A stretch of 64,000 nt of DNA from Chitinophagales bacterium (GTDB lineage: Bacteria; Bacteroidota; Bacteroidia; Chitinophagales; CAIODY01), in contig JAPJNH010000107.1 in NCBI GenBank assembly GCA_026461075.1, positions 1,127-65,126 of the forward strand. Direction: 5' to 3'. The notes under the pieces are model-generated. The model worked only from the letters and a program-made list of their open reading frames with translations. It had not been told where the DNA came from and did no database searches. Below, piece after piece: positions 57,084 through 64,000 of this stretch. Numbering within the stretch: position 1 is the first letter of the stretch; every line of letters begins with the position of its first letter. The translations under genes were made by a program, and so were the position numbers.

Positions 57084-58253
57084 ATGAAGACATTAAAGCG
57101 TATTGCCATTTTAGGAAGTAGCGGAAGTATCGGCACACAGGCCTTAGAGGTGATTGCAGCCAATCCGGAAGAATTTGCCGTTGAAGTATTAACAGTTCAC
57201 TCAAATGCAGATTTATTGATTCAGCAAGCAATTCAATTTAAACCAAATGTAGTAGTTGTAGTTGAAGCTGCTGCCTATCAAAAGGTGAAAAATGCTTTAG
57301 AAGACTTACCCATCAAGGTTTATGGAGGTGCTGCAGCTATTGAACAAGTCGTTCAAATGGATAGCATCGATATCGTGCTTACAGCGATGGTTGGGTATTC
57401 AGGCTTATTACCAACTATCAGCGCAATAAAGGCAAAGAAGAATATCGCTTTAGCTAATAAAGAAACCTTAGTCGTTGCGGGTGCATTAATCACTCAACTA
57501 GCCCGAGAAAATGGCGTAAATATCTATCCGGTCGATTCGGAACACTCTGCCATTTTCCAATGCTTAGCTGGCGAATGGGATAATAAAATTGAGAAAATCT
57601 ATCTGACGGCAAGTGGTGGACCCTTTCGCGGAAAAACTAAAGAGGAACTTTTACAGGTTACAAAAGCACAGGCTCTGAAGCATCCGAACTGGACCATGGG
57701 TGCGAAAATAACTATTGACTCTGCAAGCTTGATGAATAAAGGGCTTGAGGTCATTGAAGCCAAGTGGCTGTTCGGTTTAAATAATGAACAAATCGACGTT
57801 ATTGTACATCCGCAAAGTATCATTCATAGCTTAGTTCAATTTGAAGATGGCAGTATGAAAGCGCAAATGGGACTTCCGGATATGAAGTTACCGATCCAAT
57901 ACGCCTTCACTTATCCATACCGTATTAAGACAGATTTTCCACGATTTAATTTTTTAGATTATCCTAGTCTTACTTTTCATGCCCCCGATCGAAATACCTT
58001 CCGATGTCTAGATTTGGCCTATGCAGCCTTAGCTAAGGGTGGGAATTTAGCCTGCACAATGAACGCAGCAAATGAAGTAGCTGTTGCTGCTTTTTTGGAG
58101 GAACGCATCAGCTTCTTACAAATAGCCGAACTAATTGAAAATTGTATGGAGATTGCTCCATTCAATGATAGTCTAGATATAGCAAATTACATAGAGAGTG
58201 ATCGACTAGCAAGAGAAATCGCAGAAAGTCAATTGAATAAATTAAAACATTAA
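57084..58253 (+). CDS. dxr: 1-deoxy-D-xylulose 5-phosphate reductoisomerase
   Basis: GSSGSIG, LANKE, PVDSEH, TASGGPF, HPNW.MG.KITIDSA..MNKGLE. Confidence 0.97.
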   Translation: MKTLKRIAILGSSGSIGTQALEVIAANPEEFAVEVLTVHSNADLLIQQAIQFKPNVVVVVEAAAYQKVKNALEDLPIKVYGGAAAIEQVVQMDSIDIVLTAMVGYSGLLPTISAIKAKKNIALANKETLVVAGALITQLARENGVNIYPVDSEHSAIFQCLAGEWDNKIEKIYLTASGGPFRGKTKEELLQVTKAQALKHPNWTMGAKITIDSASLMNKGLEVIEAKWLFGLNNEQIDVIVHPQSIIHSLVQFEDGSMKAQMGLPDMKLPIQYAFTYPYRIKTDFPRFNFLDYPSLTFHAPDRNTFRCLDLAYAALAKGGNLACTMNAANEVAVAAFLEERISFLQIAELIENCMEIAPFNDSLDIANYIESDRLAREIAESQLNKLKH

Positions 58254-58320
58254 TCTACAAAGGATTTATTTAGCAAAAGATTCTTCGTAATTTTACAAAC
58301 CTATTAAACAGAACACACAC

Positions 58321-58965
58321 GTGGCGAAAAAAGCAACTCCTTCTTATAAACATATTGTAGTAGCAGGAAATATCGGCGCTGGTAAAACAACCTTAACGGG
58401 TTTACTTGCAAAAAACTTCGGTTGGACAGCCCATTACGAAGATGTAGAAAACAACCCTTACTTGAATGACTTCTATGAAGACATGGTTCGTTGGAGCTTC
58501 AATCTTCAAATCTACTTTTTAAATAGTCGTTTCGAGCAAATCATTGACATATTAAAAGGCAAAGAAGTGGTTGTTCAAGATCGTTCTATTTACGAAGACG
58601 CAAATATTTTCGCGCCAAACCTTCATGAAATGGGTTTGATGAGCACGCGTGATTTCAATAACTATGAAAGAATTTTCAAAACATTGAACTCAATGGTTCA
58701 GCCACCAGATTTGATTATTTATCTAAGAGCCTCTATCGGTACCTTAGTCAATCAAATTGAAAAACGTGGTCGTGAATATGAAGATAATATCCGCTTAGAT
58801 TATCTAAAGCGTTTGAACGAACATTATGAAAATTGGATCCGTAGCTACAAAGACGGTCCCGTATTAATCATTAATGTGGACGATTTAAATTTTGCTGAAC
58901 GCAAAGAAGACCTTGCAAAGGTGATTGCTAAAGTGAATGGTGAATTAAACGGACTATTTAAATAA
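58321..58965 (+). CDS. Deoxynucleoside kinase
   Basis: GNIGAGKTT, QIYFL..R, DRSIYED, PDL.IYL, RGR.YE. Confidence 0.93.
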   Translation: MAKKATPSYKHIVVAGNIGAGKTTLTGLLAKNFGWTAHYEDVENNPYLNDFYEDMVRWSFNLQIYFLNSRFEQIIDILKGKEVVVQDRSIYEDANIFAPNLHEMGLMSTRDFNNYERIFKTLNSMVQPPDLIIYLRASIGTLVNQIEKRGREYEDNIRLDYLKRLNEHYENWIRSYKDGPVLIINVDDLNFAERKEDLAKVIAKVNGELNGLFK

Positions 58966-58980
58966 GAAAAATACAGCAAC

Positions 58981-59017
58981 AAAAAAGGCTTAATTGAAAT
59001 TCAATTAAGCCTTTTTT
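58981..59017. terminator. Bidirectional intrinsic terminator
   Basis: AAAAAAGGCTTAATTGA-aat-TCAATTAAGCCTTTTTT, perfect stem. Confidence 0.9.
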
Positions 59018-59020
59018 ATT

Positions 59021-61177
59021 TTAAAGATTTAATATTATAAATTCTGTTCTTCGATTAGCTTGATGCTCGGCTTCGGTACAAGGGATAGCATCTGCGCATC
59101 TATTTACAAGAAGGGTTTCACCATATCCTTTACCTATCAATCGTGATACTTCTATTCCTTTACTTATTAGATAGTTTACTGCGCTTGTTGCACGTCTTTG
59201 AGATAAAGTCATGTTATAATCATCTGGCGCACGTGAATCTGTATGACTACGTAATTCAATCTTCATTGTTGGATATGCAATTAAAATTGCGAATAATTTA
59301 TCTAATTCAATTGCTGCATCTGGGCGTATACTCCAACGATCTAAATCATAATAAATATTTTCAATTTTAATGGTATCACCTGTACAATAAAGAGGTAAGT
59401 TCATTATTAATGTTGCTGAGCCAATTAATCCACGTGTCGTAGTATCTCGAGTGAGCTCACCACATTTTTCCGTTGCAGCTTTAACCACATAATCATGTTC
59501 TGGCTCCAGATCAAAATGATAAGATCCTCTTGGGTCCGTAAGAATCTCTTCTTTTCTACCTGATGTTTGATCTTCTAACAGAACACGGACGTTGTTAATT
59601 GGCATTTTTCGACCAGCATTATAAACTACACCTCGCAAATCAAATTTCGTAATTTTATTAAGCGGTATTCTTACTGGTGCAGGTTCTGCAAGTAAGCCAA
59701 TGCTCGAAAATTTAATTTCATTTGGTTCAAAACCTGGACGATCCGCTTTAAACGTATAATTTTTGTCGATGCCTAAAATAGATTTCACTTCACCTTTGGC
59801 ATCGGATTTCAATCGTGTAATAGGCTTATCATCTTCAAAGACAGTAACATTCGCATTAGAAAGAGGATAACCCGATCGCTTATCGTAAACAATAACTGTA
59901 AGATTTATTGCCACCTTGCTAAATGAGAAGATATCATCGCTTCCATCGCGATTAGAACAGAAATATCCATTAGATCCAAACTGTGTTACATATCCAAAAT
60001 CGTCAAAAGAGCTATTTATTCCACCTCCAAGATTTTTAACAAATGTCCATTGGTTTAAGATTTTACGAGCAGAATAAATATCCAATCCTCCTAATCCTGC
60101 ATGCCCATTACTTGCAAAAAATAAAGTTCCATCAGATGCGATAAATGGGAACATTTCATCTCCTTCACTATTCACTTCAGGACCTAAATTAATCGGCTTC
60201 CCCCAATGATCATTTTCCCAATAGCATACATAAATATCGACTCCACCGTAACCTCCAGGACAATCGCTTACGAAATAAAGTGCGCTAGCATCAGGTGTAA
60301 GAGCTGGATGACCATAACTATATTCTTCGTTATTAAAAGCGAAAGGAATTGGCTTAGACCATTCTCCTGAAGGCAGCTTCTTTCTAGACATAATTTGCAA
60401 ACGAACAATTTTGTCTTCATCTGGTAATGGTCTACGTTTGTAACTACTTCCTTTAGTGAAATACATTACGGTACCAGAAGGATTGCATGTTGTTACTGCC
60501 TCATGAAATCTATTATTAGTACCCCAGATTACTTTAGGAGTGGAAAATGATTGATTTCCTAGGCTGTTGGTTTCATATAAAGAATAAAAGCTTGCGTTGG
60601 TCCAGGTATATCTTTTAGAAGTCTTTTTGGTAATTCGATCTGAAGAAAAGACTAGGCCACTTTCAGTGTACATTGGTCCGATATCACTATACACAGAATC
60701 ATTCAAAGAAAGGCTATTAATAATATAATTAGAACTTGATTCATTCCAAGTTTTCACAGAATCAACAGAGGATCTTAACCAAAAAGCTCGACGCTCTTTT
60801 GGATGCAGCTTATAATACGTTTCAAAGCCGATATGCGCCTTTTGATATTGTTGCATTTGCTGCAATAATTGCGAAAAAGCTAATATCTGTTCTGCACTCC
60901 CTTCGCCAGGTAATAAGGCTTGTTCGCACCAATAGGTCGCCTTTTTAACGTTATTCAATTTGCGGTAACATTCTGCCAACTTCAACTGTAAAGCTTTATC
61001 ATTAGGCGTATAGGTAGCAGCTTTCTCGTAATACTCCACCGCTTTAGCATAGGCAAACAATTCTGCATAGGCATCTCCCCTTTTCAATAAGGTATTCAAT
61101 GATTGCCCTTCACTACGAGAAGTAGTTAAGCAGACAAGCAAAAAACTTATGAATAAAATTTTATAGAGGCGAATCAT
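59021..61177 (-). CDS. PorE-like OmpA-family protein (TPR + PD40 propeller + carboxypeptidase-regulatory-like + OmpA)
   Basis: N-terminal TPRs; LYFVSD.PGG.GG.DIY, NLGPEVNS.GDE.FP; IYYDLD, HTDSR..D.YN..LSQRRA, NRRTEF. Confidence 0.9.
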   Translation of the reverse strand: MIRLYKILFISFLLVCLTTSRSEGQSLNTLLKRGDAYAELFAYAKAVEYYEKAATYTPNDKALQLKLAECYRKLNNVKKATYWCEQALLPGEGSAEQILAFSQLLQQMQQYQKAHIGFETYYKLHPKERRAFWLRSSVDSVKTWNESSSNYIINSLSLNDSVYSDIGPMYTESGLVFSSDRITKKTSKRYTWTNASFYSLYETNSLGNQSFSTPKVIWGTNNRFHEAVTTCNPSGTVMYFTKGSSYKRRPLPDEDKIVRLQIMSRKKLPSGEWSKPIPFAFNNEEYSYGHPALTPDASALYFVSDCPGGYGGVDIYVCYWENDHWGKPINLGPEVNSEGDEMFPFIASDGTLFFASNGHAGLGGLDIYSARKILNQWTFVKNLGGGINSSFDDFGYVTQFGSNGYFCSNRDGSDDIFSFSKVAINLTVIVYDKRSGYPLSNANVTVFEDDKPITRLKSDAKGEVKSILGIDKNYTFKADRPGFEPNEIKFSSIGLLAEPAPVRIPLNKITKFDLRGVVYNAGRKMPINNVRVLLEDQTSGRKEEILTDPRGSYHFDLEPEHDYVVKAATEKCGELTRDTTTRGLIGSATLIMNLPLYCTGDTIKIENIYYDLDRWSIRPDAAIELDKLFAILIAYPTMKIELRSHTDSRAPDDYNMTLSQRRATSAVNYLISKGIEVSRLIGKGYGETLLVNRCADAIPCTEAEHQANRRTEFIILNL

Positions 61178-61183
61178 GTTGGT

Positions 61184-62131
61184 TTAGAAGAATCGTGGTG
61201 TTAACATTCTTAAAGGTTTGTGTACCCAATCATAACCTAATAGTAGTTCGTAGGTCCCTCTCTGACTTGATTGTAGGCGACTGAGTGTTTGATCATAGGC
61301 CAATCCAACACGTAAGTGCTTGTTCAAGTATAAATAAGAAATCGCAGAGAATCCTTCCGTTGCTGCTAGGCGAGCTTTACTAAAATCACTTCTATAATTC
61401 ACGCCTGCCCAAAGTATTTTATAAAATGCAAATAAGGTATTAACGTTTAACTGCATAGGCGCACCAAAGGTATACTTTAGTTGGAGGTTCGGTTCAAAGT
61501 CTATGTGATCATTCACTAGGAAAGAATAACCCGACTGAAGATAAAAGTGTTGCGTTTGTTTGGCGGTCAACTGCACTTCCGATAATTTATTATTGAATAC
61601 ATGCGGTATTCCAAGGCTCAAGTAAAACTTTTCCTTTTCCCACAAAAAACCAAATCCTAAATTACCAAGGATCAAATTATCATTATACATAAATGCATTA
61701 TCACCTGGTGTAACGGTCGTTATTTGCGTTAAATCATTTCGATAGTTAAAAACACTCACTCTAAATCCGTATGAGAAGCGACTACCGTTATCTAATTCCG
61801 TTTTGTACACATAATCTCCTTCAACACCTGTAAAGCGACTGACACCAATTTGATCATTAGAAAGATGAAATCCCCAGGCAGAGTGTGTTAATAAAATGGG
61901 GGCACTTAAATTGGCATTGATGGTAATTGGCGAACCGGCGAGCCCTACCCATTGACGGCGCATTTGTGCGGTACCTGAAAGGCAACCACGAGCACCTGCC
62001 GTAGCGGGGTTATTGGTCAAAGGATTAAAATTAAATAAGGTATACTGAGGATCCTGCTGTGCTTTCAACTCCGAAGAGACGAAAACAAAAGCGAGTATTA
62101 CCAAAATTATATAGCGAATCAATTTTAACAT
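61184..62131 (-). CDS. PorP/SprF family T9SS membrane protein
   Basis: QQDPQYT.F.FN....NPA.AG, R.QW.G..G.P, G..YD...S.L, ..YE..L.Y, C-terminal TPRFF. Confidence 0.92.
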   Translation of the reverse strand: MLKLIRYIILVILAFVFVSSELKAQQDPQYTLFNFNPLTNNPATAGARGCLSGTAQMRRQWVGLAGSPITINANLSAPILLTHSAWGFHLSNDQIGVSRFTGVEGDYVYKTELDNGSRFSYGFRVSVFNYRNDLTQITTVTPGDNAFMYNDNLILGNLGFGFLWEKEKFYLSLGIPHVFNNKLSEVQLTAKQTQHFYLQSGYSFLVNDHIDFEPNLQLKYTFGAPMQLNVNTLFAFYKILWAGVNYRSDFSKARLAATEGFSAISYLYLNKHLRVGLAYDQTLSRLQSSQRGTYELLLGYDWVHKPLRMLTPRFF

Positions 62132-62133
62132 GC

Positions 62134-64000
62134 CTATCTATGAATAATGAGATATCCTAACTTATTAGGGGTGATTCCATCATTAAACTGCAAGATATAG
62201 AAATAGGTACCATCCGGCAAATCCTGTCCATTATATTTTCCATCCCAATTATTTTGGTACGGTGCCGTATTATGAACGCTATTTCCCCATCTGTTATATA
62301 CTGTCAATCTGCTATTCGGATATTGCGGGATACAGTCAATATAGAAGTAATCATTCACATTGTCATTATTCGGGCTGAAACCATCCGGAATCATACATGG
62401 TAATACTGGTGGTGTACAATTCGAATAGATATAAATAACACCAATATCACTCAACCCATTAACCGTTACTTGATAGACGATACTATCCAAGCTAGCGTCA
62501 GGATTACCACCCTGGTAATAAATATACCCGATTGAATCTACCCACGCCGTTCCTGAAATAGGCATAGTCAATATTTCAATCACGCCATCTTGAATAGCGT
62601 CAGCAGGACGTAGTAAGGTATCCAAACATGGAAGTGGGGACTCTTCCGTGCCTAACCAATAATCTGGTGCAATCGGACGAACTGTGATATAAACATTCGC
62701 AATGTCACAAGTATCTCGATCACCATTGCGTATACAAATTTGGTATTGGAAGGTATCACGACCCACAAAGTTATTAGCTGGCGTATAGTTAAATGCCGCA
62801 CCAGATAATTGGATAGAACCGTGAGCAGGATTTGAAACTTGCGTCAATTGATAATTTATCAATGGTTTCAATGAAGACGTGTCATTTTGCGCCACATAGA
62901 CATTCACTGATTGATTCATGCGAATCTTCGTACTATCATCGAAAGCATCAATTGAAAGCTGACTAGGAAGCTTACAAATATCCACGACTACACTATCCAT
63001 CGCAGAACAGCCATTCTTGTAACCAATTACAGTATAAACTGTGTAAGCCGCAGGCGAAGCAATTGGGTTATAGACGTTGGCATTATTCAATGAATTAGCA
63101 GGCGACCAAACAAAGCTATCAGCACCAGCCACATAAAGCTGCGCAGTATTCACTTGCATTTGCGGACAGATAATCTGATCAGCACCCACATTCAATGTCG
63201 GAGAATGATGTACCGCTACTGGATGTGAAGCATTCACATAACATCCATTTTGAATAGTATTATACGTGATAGCAATTGGTGTGTCAACGGTAATGGAAGC
63301 AGGATTAAACTGACTAATACCGTTGATAGTAGTTATTCCTGCACCATTAAATGTACCACCCAATGGCAAGCCTTGTAAGACTACCGGACTAGCACCCGTA
63401 CAGAAAACACTATCAATAGAGAATTGAACAGGTACTGTGTTTTTAACAGCAACACTTACTGTATCACTTAATCGACAACCACTTTCGTCAAATACTTGCA
63501 GAGTAAACACAGTCGACTGACTAAATGTAAACGTAGGGTTAGCAACAGATGATGTAATCATAGTAGAAGCATCTGTCCAGTAATAAGTATAATTACCAAA
63601 TCCACCGGATGCTGTATTCGAACCTCCTAATTGAATAGCGTTTCCAGGACAAACTAATTGATATTGACCAGCATCAACGATTAAATCACATTGTCCAACA
63701 CTAATATAAACCCAAGCGGTATCTCGTGAAGACGCCCCTTTCTCTGCATGATCCGTATTAATCTCAGTAGCATCATAATTATCCGTAATAACATACTGGA
63801 AGCTATCAATACGATAACCTCTTGCTTTGTTATTTTGAATTGGAGTCCATGTAAATGAATTGTCACTATTCAAGACAATGGTTCCTTGTGTAGGTTTTGC
63901 TAGTATCGAAGTTTTCTTCTTATCAATAAATACAGTAGCAGTAGACATATTTCCTACGGAAGCTATATTGTCATCTGCATCATAATCATTAAGGGTTACA
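62134..64000 (-). CDS. T9SS type B cargo (gliding-motility/CHU_C CTD) with tandem Ig-like repeats; 5' end beyond the window
   Basis: CTD IPDGFSPNNDNVND...VYNRWG...NNWDG...LPDGTYFY; Big_9-like HGS..L....F.YTP..NF.G.D.F.Y. The frame is open upstream of 63948 to base 64000. Confidence 0.92.
   Translation of the reverse strand, partial: VTLNDYDADDNIASVGNMSTATVFIDKKKTSILAKPTQGTIVLNSDNSFTWTPIQNNKARGYRIDSFQYVITDNYDATEINTDHAEKGASSRDTAWVYISVGQCDLIVDAGQYQLVCPGNAIQLGGSNTASGGFGNYTYYWTDASTMITSSVANPTFTFSQSTVFTLQVFDESGCRLSDTVSVAVKNTVPVQFSIDSVFCTGASPVVLQGLPLGGTFNGAGITTINGISQFNPASITVDTPIAITYNTIQNGCYVNASHPVAVHHSPTLNVGADQIICPQMQVNTAQLYVAGADSFVWSPANSLNNANVYNPIASPAAYTVYTVIGYKNGCSAMDSVVVDICKLPSQLSIDAFDDSTKIRMNQSVNVYVAQNDTSSLKPLINYQLTQVSNPAHGSIQLSGAAFNYTPANNFVGRDTFQYQICIRNGDRDTCDIANVYITVRPIAPDYWLGTEESPLPCLDTLLRPADAIQDGVIEILTMPISGTAWVDSIGYIYYQGGNPDASLDSIVYQVTVNGLSDIGVIYIYSNCTPPVLPCMIPDGFSPNNDNVNDYFYIDCIPQYPNSRLTVYNRWGNSVHNTAPYQNNWDGKYNGQDLPDGTYFYILQFNDGITPNKLGYLIIHR

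Noticed and set aside
1-64000. Selenoproteins read through TGA
   Set aside because: SelD and the thioredoxin-fold active sites use Cys codons. The TGA-ended ORFs I checked end at natural C-termini or overlap the next ATG. No selA/selB/tRNA-Sec is visible.

Overview
Gene-dense core chromosome of a Bacteroidota bacterium; the order is uncertain, possibly Chitinophagales- or Sphingobacteriales-like. The assignment rests on TAnnTTTG -7 promoter elements, GldE, and type IX secretion (T9SS) cargo and PorP/PorE-like genes. I count 65 CDS (two run off the window edges), one interrupted toxin gene and one tRNA (anticodon CAT, probably Ile2). Content is mostly translation and RNA modification (der, rsmF, tsaB, rlmN, trmB, selD-mnmH, rnpA, dusB, rsmA, rplS, rlmI), envelope and glycan genes, thioredoxin-fold proteins, and T9SS surface proteins at the right end. 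I saw no CRISPR array, integrase, transposase or phage genes, and I did not find a convincingly novel multi-gene system. Best leads: (1) a RelE/HigB-type toxin with an in-frame TAA at codon 27 beside an intact antitoxin and operator; (2) a selD-mnmH tRNA-selenouridine module fused onto the rnpA-yidD operon; (3) six genes whose -7 promoter lies only 4-5 nt before the start codon, suggesting leaderless mRNAs; (4) two intergenic heptamer-periodic palindromic elements; (5) a T9SS adhesin whose stalk, but not its head, is packed with O-glycosylation motifs. Family names come from motif recognition by eye, not database searches. Several start codons are refined relative to the ORF track.
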